Positions 29,610 to 39,565 of a DNA stretch of 62,651 nucleotides are shown in pieces. The notes under the pieces were generated by a model. The model was not told where the DNA came from and did not search any database. It saw only the letters and a list, made by a program, of their open reading frames with translations. Numbering within the stretch: position 1 is the first letter of the stretch; each line of letters opens with the position of its first letter. This DNA is from Candidatus Magasanikbacteria bacterium CG1_02_32_51 (GTDB lineage Bacteria > Patescibacteriota > Patescibacteriia > Magasanikbacterales > UBA922), in assembly GCA_001871435.1 (NCBI GenBank), contig MNVC01000012.1, positions 1 through 62,651 of the forward strand. The letters are read 5' to 3'. The translations under genes and the position numbers were made by a program.

Positions 29610-30731
29610 ATGTCCAAAGATTATTACAAAATTCTTGGTGTAGACAAAGGCACTACTAAAGAAGAAATCAAAAAATCTTTTCGAAAATTAGCTCACGAAT
29701 ATCATCCAGACAAAAAGACTGGCAACGAAGATAAATTCAAAGAGATAAATGAAGCTTACCAAGTTTTGGGTGATGATAACAAACGCAAACAATATGATCA
29801 ATATGGAGCTGATTTTGAACAACAAGGTGGCTTTGGCGGTGGTATGAATTGGAATGACTTTATGAATAAAGCAAGGAGTGGTGACTTTGAAAATTTTTCT
29901 TCCCAAGGCGGATCAACTTGGAGCGAAGATGGAATTGATTTGGGAGATATCTTTGGTGACATTTTTGGTTTTGGTGGTGGAAGAAGTAGAGGAAGATCTC
30001 GTACTATGAGAGGAAATGATATTCAAGTTAGTGTGGAGTTGGAATTTCGTGAAGCAATTTTTGGTGTAGAAAAAGAAATAAGATTAACAAAAAATAATGT
30101 TTGTAGTGTCTGTAGTGGTAGTGGTGCTGAATCTGGAGCTGGTACAGAAACTTGTAGTGATTGTCGTGGTCAAGGACAAATAAAGAGAGTTCAACAAACA
30201 ATTCTTGGGGCAATGCAAAGTGTTGTGACTTGTCAGCGTTGTCAGGGTAGTGGTCAAATTCCAAAGAAAGTTTGTAAACATTGTAGTGGTAAAGGTGTAG
30301 TTCATAGTGATTCCAAATATAAAGTAAAGATTCCAGCGGGAATTTCAGATGGTGAAATGATTCGTTTGTCTGAAAAAGGGGAGAGTGCTGGAGTTGGTAG
30401 TAATCCTGGAGATCTCTATGTCCGTGTTCATGTAAAGTCTGAGAATGGTTTTGAAAGACAGGGTTTTGATATATTTACTGCTATTAACATTTCTTATCCA
30501 CAAGCTGTGTTAGGTGATAAAGTAGAGATAAATACGCTAGAAGGTAAAAAAAATTTGATTATACCAGAAGGTACCATCTCAGGACAAAAATTTAAACTAA
30601 AAGGTCTTGGTGTACCAAGACTACAGCGTAGTGGCAAAGGTGATCAATATGTGACAGTGATAATTGATGTCCCAAAGAAAATAAGTAAAAAAGTTAAAAA
30701 GATATTGGAAGAATTAAAAGGGGAATTGTAA
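29610..30731 (+). CDS. dnaJ: Chaperone DnaJ
   Basis: J domain with HPD, G/F-rich region, four CxxCxGxG repeats. Confidence 0.98.
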   Translation: MSKDYYKILGVDKGTTKEEIKKSFRKLAHEYHPDKKTGNEDKFKEINEAYQVLGDDNKRKQYDQYGADFEQQGGFGGGMNWNDFMNKARSGDFENFSSQGGSTWSEDGIDLGDIFGDIFGFGGGRSRGRSRTMRGNDIQVSVELEFREAIFGVEKEIRLTKNNVCSVCSGSGAESGAGTETCSDCRGQGQIKRVQQTILGAMQSVVTCQRCQGSGQIPKKVCKHCSGKGVVHSDSKYKVKIPAGISDGEMIRLSEKGESAGVGSNPGDLYVRVHVKSENGFERQGFDIFTAINISYPQAVLGDKVEINTLEGKKNLIIPEGTISGQKFKLKGLGVPRLQRSGKGDQYVTVIIDVPKKISKKVKKILEELKGEL

Positions 30732-30767
30732 GTGTTAAAATTGCTGTAGATGATTATAAAAGATTTT

Positions 30768-30797
30768 AAAAAACCAGTTTTTATAACTGGTTTTTTT
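30768..30797. terminator. Intrinsic terminator after dnaJ
   Basis: aaaaaaccagtt-ttat-aactggttttttt type hairpin with T tract. Confidence 0.7.
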
Positions 30798-30864
30798 GGT
30801 CTTGACAAATTTGGCTTTTTTTTGTAGTCTTATTTTTGGCTCTCAAGAAAAAGGAGAATGAGCC

Positions 30865-31098
30865 ATGCCGAATCAGGAAATAGATGGTGTGATCCTTGAA
30901 ATTTTGCAGACATCACCTACACAAGGTGGTGCTTGCAATGAGATTATGAACTTTTATAGTCAAAAGCTCGACAACAAGATGCGATGGTTGACTAAGCCGA
31001 TGGTTATTTATCACCAAAATGGTGAACGGCGTGCGTTTCTTAGACTAGTAAAAGAGAATGGTCAATCTCTGACCGTCTCAGTAAGGATCCCTGTCTAG
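30865..31098 (+). CDS. Small hypothetical protein with its own promoter, SD and downstream hairpin
   Basis: TTGACA at 30802-N17-TAGTCT; AAGGAG at 30851; hairpin at 31113-31156. Confidence 0.55.
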   Translation: MPNQEIDGVILEILQTSPTQGGACNEIMNFYSQKLDNKMRWLTKPMVIYHQNGERRAFLRLVKENGQSLTVSVRIPV

Positions 31099-31200
31099 TA
31101 TTCGCGTTTATAAACTGTGCTGGTTTGATCCCCCAAAGGATTTAACCAGCACGGTTAGTTACTTATTATAAAATAAAAAAATTATCAAAAGCCTTACAGA

Positions 31201-31605
31201 TTATTTTGAATGTATATCCAAAACCTTGTTTACCTCTCTATCAGCTTCTTTGTTTCCTGCTCGTAAAATATGTTTTATTTTAAATTTTTTGAATTGTTGT
31301 AGGGCATTCCAAGCCTGGATGAAGAGTTTTTGAATTGTAGGTTCTTTCACTTTCCAATTTCTGTTTAGTTGCTCACAAACTAGTTTACTATCTACTATAC
31401 AATCTACTTCGTCAGCTCCTAGTTCTTTGGCTTTTTTTAGTCCTGAAATTATGGCCATATATTCGGCAAAGTTATTTGTTTGTACTCCCAAAAATTCACC
31501 ATAACTCGCGACGTTTTGTCCTTCTTCGTTTTTTATTACAATACCTGTGGCTGAAGGTCCTGGGTTACCACGGGAGCCGCCGTCGGTGTAGATAGATAAT
31601 TTCAT
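31201..31605 (-). CDS. rnhA: Ribonuclease HI family protein
   Basis: IYTDGGSRGNPG; TNNFAEY; DSKLV; HILRAGNKEAD. Confidence 0.93.
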   Translation of the reverse strand: MKLSIYTDGGSRGNPGPSATGIVIKNEEGQNVASYGEFLGVQTNNFAEYMAIISGLKKAKELGADEVDCIVDSKLVCEQLNRNWKVKEPTIQKLFIQAWNALQQFKKFKIKHILRAGNKEADREVNKVLDIHSK

Positions 31606-31614
31606 AGGGTAATA

Positions 31615-31774
31615 TAATCTCGAAGCGTAGCGAGAGATCTTTCTCAGCAAACGCCATTTTAATTAACTAACCGTTGGCTGATTCTAAAAGACTTCAGAAT
31701 CAATTAACGTTTTTATTTTTTTAAAAATTTTTATTTAGGAAAGATCCTTCGTCGTATTCTCGACTCAGGATGAC
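31615..31774. repeat. GTCATCCTGAG/GATCTTTC-type inverted REP-like doublet; supplies the recJ stop codon
   Basis: taatctcgaagcgtagcgagagatctttc ... gaaagatccttcgtcgtattctcgactcaggatgac. Confidence 0.8.
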
Positions 31775-33531
31775 TTACGCAAATCAACTATCGTCAATTG
31801 CAATTCTCTATTCCCATTCCACTCATTGACATCAATTTCAAAGACCATATCTATTTTATCACCAATTTTCAAAAGTTTACACCAGTTGATATCACCATTA
31901 GTATCACAAAGACTCCAGCCAATAGTTTTGCGGATTTTACTGTCTTGTTTGACTGTTAGTTTTAGATGTTTTGCTTCCTTACCAACTGTCTTTATATCAA
32001 AAATTTCTAAATCTCTAGTCAAATACTTTGGTCTGTCATTGTGTATGCCAAAAGGTTTGAAATTTTCTAATAAATCAAATAATTCCCAATCTACTTCTGT
32101 CAATTTTATTTCCGCATCAATTTTGATAGTCGGATTCATGTCTTGATCTTTGGTTTTTTCATTGTATTTGCTTATCATGTAAGTTTTGAAATCCTCAAGT
32201 TTTTCTTTATTAGCTAAAGTAAAACCACAAGCCATAGGGTGTCCACCATATTTGAGAAAAAGTTCAGGATTTTCTTGAAATGTTTCTATAATATTGAAAC
32301 CCTCAATACTTCGGCCTGATCCTGTAATTTCTTTTTCACCATCAGACATTGCAAGTGTTGGTTTGTAATATTTTTCTTTTATTTTGCCAGCAATTAGCCC
32401 AACTAGTCCAGTAGGCCAACCACTGCCAATCACAAATAGTACTGGATTGTTCATTTGATTTTTTTCTATTTGTTCAATACTTTTTTTGAAAAGTTCTTCG
32501 GTGAGAGTTTGTCTTTCTTTGTTGTTTTGGTCTAGTTCAAAAGCAAGATCAACTGCGTCAGTACCCTTTTCAGCCATCATAAGATTGTAGGCAACATTGG
32601 CGTGATTGATACGTCCAGCTGCATTTATTCTAGGTGCAATTTGAAAACCTATAGTATAAGTATCCAAATTTCTTTTCATACTGCCGTCTTGTTCAACAAT
32701 TCTTGCTTCTAATAAAAGTTTTTGCAAACCAAGACGTTTTGTTTTGTTGAGAACAAGTAAGCCATATTTGGTCAAAGTGCGTGATTCACCAATGAGTGGA
32801 ACCATATCAGCTACGCTGGAAATTGCCACCATATCCAAAAGCCATTTTTCATGTGATTCATGTTTTTCACCATTGCTTAGAAGTTCATTTTTTTCTTTAT
32901 GTTTGATAAGTAAGGCTTGCATTAGTTTGAAAGCTACACCACCACCAGAAAGCCATTTGTCAGGATAAGGTTCATCTTCAATCTTGGGATGAATTATCGC
33001 AAAAGCTTTTGGTAAAGTAGGTGGAATAGTGTGGTGATCTGTAATAATCACATCAACTTTTTTTTCATTGGCAAAATCAACTTCTTTAGTATTACTAATT
33101 CCACAATCGCAGGTAATGATAAGTTTCGCTCCATCTTTAGCAAGATCTTCCACTGCTCTAGTATTTAGACCATAACCATCTGTTTCGCGATGGGGGAGAA
33201 AGACATCAACATTGTCATAACCCATAGCCCGTAAAGTAGAAACCAAAATTACTGAAGCAGAAACTCCATCAGCATCATAATCACCATAAATAATAATTTT
33301 TTCTTTTTTATCAATTGCTTTGAAGATTCTTTTGACAGCTTTCTTCATGTCTTTGAACAAATAAGGATCGTGAATATCTACAGAATAATCTGGATTCAAA
33401 AATTCGTCTATTTGTCTTTGAGTTTTGATGTTTCTGTGATACAACAAAATAGCTACGGTTTTTGATAGTTCAGGAAATTCTTCAAAAAAAGATTGAGGAG
33501 GTTCTTCTAATATTTTCCAGACTTTTTGCAT
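31765..33531 (-). CDS. recJ: Single-stranded DNA exonuclease RecJ
   Basis: YGDYDADG; TCDCG; TDHH; ADMVPL; APRINAAGR; GSGRS; GGHPMACG. Confidence 0.97.
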   Translation of the reverse strand: MQKVWKILEEPPQSFFEEFPELSKTVAILLYHRNIKTQRQIDEFLNPDYSVDIHDPYLFKDMKKAVKRIFKAIDKKEKIIIYGDYDADGVSASVILVSTLRAMGYDNVDVFLPHRETDGYGLNTRAVEDLAKDGAKLIITCDCGISNTKEVDFANEKKVDVIITDHHTIPPTLPKAFAIIHPKIEDEPYPDKWLSGGGVAFKLMQALLIKHKEKNELLSNGEKHESHEKWLLDMVAISSVADMVPLIGESRTLTKYGLLVLNKTKRLGLQKLLLEARIVEQDGSMKRNLDTYTIGFQIAPRINAAGRINHANVAYNLMMAEKGTDAVDLAFELDQNNKERQTLTEELFKKSIEQIEKNQMNNPVLFVIGSGWPTGLVGLIAGKIKEKYYKPTLAMSDGEKEITGSGRSIEGFNIIETFQENPELFLKYGGHPMACGFTLANKEKLEDFKTYMISKYNEKTKDQDMNPTIKIDAEIKLTEVDWELFDLLENFKPFGIHNDRPKYLTRDLEIFDIKTVGKEAKHLKLTVKQDSKIRKTIGWSLCDTNGDINWCKLLKIGDKIDMVFEIDVNEWNGNRELQLTIVDLRKSS

Positions 33532-33543
33532 AGAATTTAATTT

Positions 33544-33741
33544 ATCCTGAGCCGACGAAGTACGGCGTGAGGATCTTTCTCAAATAAAAACGTTTTTTAT
33601 TTATTTAATCCGCCCAAGGCGGACAAGGTTTAATTCCTCGTAGCTTGCTGCGAAATAATCCAATTGATACCTCGTAGCAAGCTGACGAGGTAGTTCATTT
33701 TTTTAGACGTGGTTATTCGTTTTCAATATATATATCTATTT
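33544..33741. mobile_element. GATCTTTC-type repeat arm carrying the inserted hairpin element, copy 2 (about 33610-33698)
   Basis: Flanks align with the uninterrupted 26033-26110; the insert aligns with 16102-16230. Confidence 0.75.
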
Positions 33742-33763
33742 ATGTAATCTTTTTTAAGTTAAT

Positions 33764-33871
33764 TTATTTGAAAGTGCTAAAGATAGGTAGAATTGTAAAA
33801 AATAGCATTGCAAAAATAGCTATTATTGAAATTATAGTCCAGAGAACTTTTATTTTTTTTGATCCGTACAT
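33764..33871 (-). CDS. 35-aa single-TM small protein
   Basis: Manual translation MYGSKKIKVLWTIISIIAIFAMLFFTILPIFSTFK*; co-oriented with neighbours; below the ORF-track cutoff. Confidence 0.55.
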   Translation of the reverse strand: MYGSKKIKVLWTIISIIAIFAMLFFTILPIFSTFK

Positions 33872-33924
33872 ATTTATAAAGGCTTAAAATGCCTAAAAAG
33901 CTAGAAAGGCTAAAAAGGCTTTGA

Positions 33925-34353
33925 TTAATTTTTAAACGATTGTATTAATTCTTCACTTGGAGATTTTGCTTTTTTCCAACGTTCTTTCATATTATGTGTC
34001 CAGAGAGGCATACTAAGTTCGTCACCTTCCCATTTATATCTTGGTATAATCCACATGTGTAACTTTTTTAATTCATTATCAAGTTTGTCCCAATTTAATC
34101 TAACAAAATTTTTATCCTGCAACAATTTACTTTTTATATAAATTAGTGCTTCTCTAAAATCTCTTGCAAAATTAGAATACTCTTCATCTGTCAAATCCGT
34201 TATATCTTCTACTTCTATTTTTGCTCTAAAAATACACATAACAGGAACAATTTGTTTGTCTGCTAACAATAGAAAACCAGAAGGATATTCTTTTATTACA
34301 TATGCTTTTCTTTCGTCTTCAATTTCAGTCAGAGTAATTTTTGAATCTTTCAT
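33925..34353 (-). CDS. HIT-like protein with a degenerate histidine triad
   Basis: RLNWDKLDNELKKLHMWIIPRY, compared with the canonical N...LGN..PHLHxH..PRY. Confidence 0.7.
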   Translation of the reverse strand: MKDSKITLTEIEDERKAYVIKEYPSGFLLLADKQIVPVMCIFRAKIEVEDITDLTDEEYSNFARDFREALIYIKSKLLQDKNFVRLNWDKLDNELKKLHMWIIPRYKWEGDELSMPLWTHNMKERWKKAKSPSEELIQSFKN

Positions 34354-34372
34354 ATTATTTGAAAGTTATTTT

Positions 34373-36163
34373 TTATCTCTTTAGAACTGCCAAATAAGCC
34401 TCAGTCGGAATAGTCACTTTTCCTTTATTCATACTCATCATTTTCTTTTTTCCTTTTTTCTGGCGATCAAGTAATTTATTTTTTCGTGTTACATCACCTC
34501 CATACAATTTTGCGGTTACATCTTTTCTGAGGGCTGAAATGCGTTCGCTCGCAATAATTTTTCCTCCAATGGTAGCTTGAATTTTGATTACAAATTGTTC
34601 ACGATCAAGTGTATCTTTTAATATCTCAACAATTTTTTTACCTGCTCGATATGCGTCATCTTGCCAGACTAGGGTCGCAAGCTCTTCTACTACTTCGTCT
34701 GCAATCATAATGTCAAGTTTTATCACATCTGTTTTTTTGTATTCTTTGTATTCATAATTCAAGGATGCATAACCACTAGAAACACTTTTCAGTTTATCAT
34801 AAAAATCAGTAATAAGCGAGGCAAGTGGTGTTTCATAATGGAGTATTGCCCGTTGTCCAGCTCCGGTACTCAAATATTCAGTATTTTTGTAAATACCTTT
34901 GCGTTCGGCTATGAGTCCCATAATGTTTCCAATAAATTCTTGAGGAGTAATAATGTCAACAGTCATCCAAGGTTCTTCTATGTGTTCAATTTTCTGTACT
35001 TCAGGTAAATCTTGTGGACTTTTGATCGTGAGATTTTCTCCATTGGTTTTGAAAACATTATAGGCAACACTGGGGATGGTCGCGATAATGGAAAGTCCAA
35101 ATTCACGCTTTAATCTTTCCTGAAAAATTTCAAGGTGAAGCATACCAAGGAATCCACAACGGAATCCAAAACCAAGTGCTTGTGAGTGTTCTGGTTCATA
35201 ATAGAGTGCTGAGTCACTTAGTTTTAATTTATCTACTGCATCACGAAGATTATTATATTCATCTCCTTCGCGTGGAAAAATGCCGGCAAAGACCATGGGT
35301 TTTACTTCTTTATATCCGGGCAATTGTTCGGTCGCGCCATTTTTGGTCAGGGTAATTGTATCACCCACACGCACTTCACCAAGCACTTTCACTCCACTCG
35401 TCACATAGCCAATTTGTCCATTTTCTAGTATTCCGTCAGAGCTCATTTGTGGAGCAAAGTGACCAATATCAAGTACTTCACCTTTGGCACCTGTTCCCAT
35501 GAATGTCACTAAGTCACCTTTTTTTAGTGCGCCATCTTTCATCCTAATTGCAGCAACAATTCCACAATAATCATTATAGAGAGAATCAAAGATTAATGCA
35601 CGTGGAGGTTTGTCAGAAGTTTCAGCCGGTGGTGGAACTTTTTTAATAACTTCATCTAACAATTCTGGAACACCTTGTCCTGTTTTTCCTGAGCAGGTAA
35701 GAATATCTTCTCGTTTACATCCCAGAAGATGAATAATTTCTGCTGAGACTTTGTCTGGATCAGCATTTGGTAAATCAATTTTGTTCATGACAGGAATAAT
35801 TGTGAGATCTTGATCAATTGCAAGATAAAGATTGGCAATGGTTTGTGCTTGGACACCCTGACTTGCATCAACAAGAAGAATGGCGCCTTCAACAGCAGCA
35901 AGTGAGCGGGATACTTCATAGGTAAAATCCACGTGACCGGGAGTATCAATTAAATTCAGAGTATAGCCTTTGTATTTCATACGCACGGGTTGGAGTTTGA
36001 TCGTGATGCCACGTTCTTGTTCAAGTTCCATTTGGTCAAGCAATTGGGCATGCATGTGACGTTTGTCAACAGTATTGGTAATTTCAAGAAATCGATCCGC
36101 GAGGGTCGATTTGCCATGATCAATATGGGCGATGATACAGAAGTTGCGAGTGTTGTTTAACAT
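34373..36163 (-). CDS. lepA: Translation elongation factor 4
   Basis: RNFCIIAHIDHGKSTLADR; DTPGHVDF; GFRCGFLGMLH; KLYGGDVTRK. Confidence 0.99.
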   Translation of the reverse strand: MLNNTRNFCIIAHIDHGKSTLADRFLEITNTVDKRHMHAQLLDQMELEQERGITIKLQPVRMKYKGYTLNLIDTPGHVDFTYEVSRSLAAVEGAILLVDASQGVQAQTIANLYLAIDQDLTIIPVMNKIDLPNADPDKVSAEIIHLLGCKREDILTCSGKTGQGVPELLDEVIKKVPPPAETSDKPPRALIFDSLYNDYCGIVAAIRMKDGALKKGDLVTFMGTGAKGEVLDIGHFAPQMSSDGILENGQIGYVTSGVKVLGEVRVGDTITLTKNGATEQLPGYKEVKPMVFAGIFPREGDEYNNLRDAVDKLKLSDSALYYEPEHSQALGFGFRCGFLGMLHLEIFQERLKREFGLSIIATIPSVAYNVFKTNGENLTIKSPQDLPEVQKIEHIEEPWMTVDIITPQEFIGNIMGLIAERKGIYKNTEYLSTGAGQRAILHYETPLASLITDFYDKLKSVSSGYASLNYEYKEYKKTDVIKLDIMIADEVVEELATLVWQDDAYRAGKKIVEILKDTLDREQFVIKIQATIGGKIIASERISALRKDVTAKLYGGDVTRKNKLLDRQKKGKKKMMSMNKGKVTIPTEAYLAVLKR

Positions 36164-36281
36164 AATTTGTATAATAGTTACTATGCTATTTTAGCAGTTT
36201 TTTTCTACTTTAGCAATCCTTGACAAAGTCTCTATTGCACTGTGCCAGAGGGAATAAAAACAAAAAAAGAGAGGGAAAAAA

Positions 36282-36887
36282 GTGTCAGACAACTATCGTG
36301 AGCAGGCTTTGGCTTTGTTCAAGGAAGGAGATATAGTAACCTTCAATGTTTTGTGCGAAGAACTTGAAGATCAATTACTAAATCTCAGCAAAGGAAAGAT
36401 CACTGTTGAGACCTTCCAGTCCTTCTTCAAGAATCCCAACAAGTTTTTCGAGGAGAATGGTTTTCCAGTCTCGATCAACTATACAATGTTGCTCGAGGAT
36501 ATGATCAAGGTCGGTTGCTATGACTGGTGGGATGAGCACATCACATCCAGGAATTTCCAGTTCATCGGCGAGGGTGTTGTGAATATGAGGCTCCATCTTG
36601 TATGCTTCATGCTCGCGGCCACGACCAAGAGGATCAAGAATCATCTCGATTCTCTCGGTCTCAAGCCAGCGAAGCTCGAGCATCTTCTTGCATTCGGGTC
36701 AAAATACCCGATTAGCCAACGGAACTTCCCAATTATTGCTTTTGGCTCTAGTTGGGTTGACCACGACGGTATTCAGACCTTTCCCTGCCTCGACGAGAAT
36801 AAAGTCAAACGTCGTCTTGTTTTGGGTTACGACTGGCCTGACCGTGAATGGGGTAGCTTCTGTCGGTTCCTCGCGTTCAGCAAGTAG
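36282..36887 (+). CDS. GC-rich hypothetical protein; C-terminus resembles CLec-fold DGR target proteins
   Basis: LGLKPAKLEHLLAFG..YP..Q..FPIIAFGS...RRLVLGYDWPDREWGSFCRFLAFSK*; hairpin at 36923-36950. Confidence 0.6.
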   Translation: MSDNYREQALALFKEGDIVTFNVLCEELEDQLLNLSKGKITVETFQSFFKNPNKFFEENGFPVSINYTMLLEDMIKVGCYDWWDEHITSRNFQFIGEGVVNMRLHLVCFMLAATTKRIKNHLDSLGLKPAKLEHLLAFGSKYPISQRNFPIIAFGSSWVDHDGIQTFPCLDENKVKRRLVLGYDWPDREWGSFCRFLAFSK

Positions 36888-37000
36888 CGCTTGGATCCAT
36901 CAGAGTGATATTACTGACATTAGGCCGACACGCACTATGCGTAGTCGGCCAAAACTTAAAAAACACGAACTAATCGTGTTTTTTAATTTGAAAATATTTT

Positions 37001-38608
37001 TTAAATATTATTATTTATACCTGTATCCACATTGCGCAATTTGAGCCAACGTTTCTTGAAACTTTCATGAAAAAGATGCATTTCTCTTAATTTCAATTGA
37101 TGACAAATAAAGCCATAAATCAGGAGACCTATAGTAGCAGAGATAGATACTTGAAGCAAGACGCCCCAGAATCTATCCATATCCACAATTGAAGATAACA
37201 AAACTTTGAAAGTTTGTATAAAGATAGCCATAATAATAGCCGCTATACTTATTTTTAAGACGGAAATAAATATTTTTTTCTCTTGCAATGTACCAAGTTT
37301 GTTTCTAAGTAACAACCAGAGAAGTCCAAATTGAAAAATCATAGTTATTGAATAAGCAAATATCAAACCCAAAATACCATAATTGGTTGACAGATAGACT
37401 GCTAAAATAATGTTGATAATTGTCGAAATAATACTTATTATGAGTGGGGTCATAGTATCTTGTAAGGCATAAAAAGAACGAGATAATATTGGAATAAGAC
37501 TCTGAGCAAAAAGTGAAATAGCAAAAATACCAAGTGCGTTGAAAGTAAGTCTAGTAGCATCCCAGTCAAATTCTCCAGTACCCAAAATAACACGGACAAT
37601 TTGTGCACGAAGCATTATTAAAATAATTGTTAGAGGAATAATGAGGAAAAATATTTGTTTGATTGTTTCTGAAATGTGTTTGATCATTTTTTTATTTTCT
37701 TTATTGGTTGCCATTTGAGATAGGGCTGGGAAAATAGCAATCGCGAAAGAAATTCCAATAATACTAGTTGGTACCGATTGGATGTTGTCTGCAAAATTGA
37801 AAATAGATAAACTGCCAGATGATAGGGTAGAAGCAATAATAGTGATAGCCAAAAAATTTATTTGCAAAGTGGCCATACCTAGAGTCCTAGGTAACATTAG
37901 TTTGAAAATTTTACGAACGTTTTTGTTTTTCCAGTCAAAGATGGCTTGATATTTGAATCCATGTTGGATAAATGCTGGAATTTGGATTAGTAAGTGAAAT
38001 AAAGCTCCTAGTACCACGCCCATTGCTAGACCTTGGTTTCCAAAAATTGGAACCAAAAATAAAGCACCAATGATGATGCCAAGGTTGTACATGATAGGAG
38101 ATAGAGAATATATAAGAAAAGCCTTGAAAGATTGGAGAACACCACTGACAATACTACTAATGCCAAGTAATATGGGACTGACAAACATTATTCTGCTTAA
38201 CATTACTGTCAACTGAAATTTGTCACCAGAAAAACCAGGTACAAGAAGTTTCAAGAATTGTGGTGTAAAAAAAATCAAAATAGTACAACTAACAATTAGA
38301 AGTATTCCTAAAATATTTATCATGGTATTGGTGACTTTCCAAGCTTCTTTTTTGTCTTTGTTTAGTAGTTCTAAAAAAATAGGTATAAATCCTGCAGATA
38401 GGGCACCAACAATTAACAAATTAAAGACAAGATCTGGAATTTTGAAAGCAGCATAATAAGCATCCATAACATCGCCAGCTCCGAAATAGTGTGCAAAAAT
38501 ACGATCACGAGCTAGAGCAATTATTTTACTTACAAAAGACGCAGTACCAATGACAATAGTTGCACCTGTAATAGTATATGATTTTTTACTAAGAATTTTT
38601 TCAATCAT
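37001..38608 (-). CDS. murJ: Lipid II flippase MurJ
   Basis: SKIIALARDRIFA..FGAG..DAYYAAFKIPD; GALSAGFIP; about 14 TM. Confidence 0.95.
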   Translation of the reverse strand: MIEKILSKKSYTITGATIVIGTASFVSKIIALARDRIFAHYFGAGDVMDAYYAAFKIPDLVFNLLIVGALSAGFIPIFLELLNKDKKEAWKVTNTMINILGILLIVSCTILIFFTPQFLKLLVPGFSGDKFQLTVMLSRIMFVSPILLGISSIVSGVLQSFKAFLIYSLSPIMYNLGIIIGALFLVPIFGNQGLAMGVVLGALFHLLIQIPAFIQHGFKYQAIFDWKNKNVRKIFKLMLPRTLGMATLQINFLAITIIASTLSSGSLSIFNFADNIQSVPTSIIGISFAIAIFPALSQMATNKENKKMIKHISETIKQIFFLIIPLTIILIMLRAQIVRVILGTGEFDWDATRLTFNALGIFAISLFAQSLIPILSRSFYALQDTMTPLIISIISTIINIILAVYLSTNYGILGLIFAYSITMIFQFGLLWLLLRNKLGTLQEKKIFISVLKISIAAIIMAIFIQTFKVLLSSIVDMDRFWGVLLQVSISATIGLLIYGFICHQLKLREMHLFHESFKKRWLKLRNVDTGINNNI

Positions 38609-38614
38609 GTATTT

Positions 38615-39535
38615 TTATAGTACTTTTCTTTTTTTCATCACAAATATTAATAACAATATAAAACCGGCAATAGCTCCAAAAAGTCCCCAGACAAATGCTG
38701 GATTATGGGCAAAAGGCAAACTTTCAATATTCATACCATAAATACCAGACAATAATGTAAGAGGTAACAAAGAAACTGAGATTATAGTAAGAGAATTGAT
38801 TACTTTGTTGGTTTTTTGATTGATAAGGGATTCTACTGTTATATGAAGGCCGTCCAAAGTTTCTTTGTAAGTATCGACTATGACCCAAAGTTTGTCTAAA
38901 TAATCTTTGATATTATCAAAGTAGATACTCAAAGACTCATCCAAAAATGGTTTTCTTGTATTGGATAAAGAAGCTACTAAAAATCTTTGTGGATCCAAAA
39001 TTCTTTTTAGGTTCAAAACATTTCTTCGATAAATTGCTAGTTCACGTATAATATCACCATCAGGTTTGTCATCAAAAATTTCATTTTCAACATTGGAAAT
39101 TTGTTTACCAAGAGCATCAATCATTATTCTACATTGACTAAATAATTCTTCTAGTATTTTATAAAGTAGATATCCAGGACTTTTGTTTATCCATTCATTT
39201 CTGGTTTTACGATTGTTCATTGATTTATAAAAAAAATCTTTGATATCTTTATTTTTGCCATGTTGGATAGTTACAAGATAGTCTGGTCCAACGAAAATAT
39301 CTATTTCATGTGATATAACTCTTTTGCTTTCGACTTTCCATTGAGGAAAATGAACAACCAAAAAAATATAATCTTTGTAAGTATCTAGTTTTGGGTTTTG
39401 ACTCTCACTTTTGATATCTTCAATGTCAAGCTGATGAAATTTGAAATTTTTTTTCAAAAAATCAATAGATTCTTCATTAACACTACTAATATTTGTCCAA
39501 ATGAGGCAGGCTTGTTTGATTTGTTTTACAGACAT
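38615..39535 (-). CDS. corA: CorA family Mg/Co transporter
   Basis: FHQLDIED; LTIIS..LLPLTLLSGIYGMN. Confidence 0.93.
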   Translation of the reverse strand: MSVKQIKQACLIWTNISSVNEESIDFLKKNFKFHQLDIEDIKSESQNPKLDTYKDYIFLVVHFPQWKVESKRVISHEIDIFVGPDYLVTIQHGKNKDIKDFFYKSMNNRKTRNEWINKSPGYLLYKILEELFSQCRIMIDALGKQISNVENEIFDDKPDGDIIRELAIYRRNVLNLKRILDPQRFLVASLSNTRKPFLDESLSIYFDNIKDYLDKLWVIVDTYKETLDGLHITVESLINQKTNKVINSLTIISVSLLPLTLLSGIYGMNIESLPFAHNPAFVWGLFGAIAGFILLLIFVMKKRKVL

Positions 39536-39565
39536 ATGAATAGTTTAAAAGTTTGTAAAGTCATA

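Noticed and set aside
36282..36950. Complete DGR in this window
   Set aside because: No reverse transcriptase, avd or template repeat found; kept only as a possible remote target.
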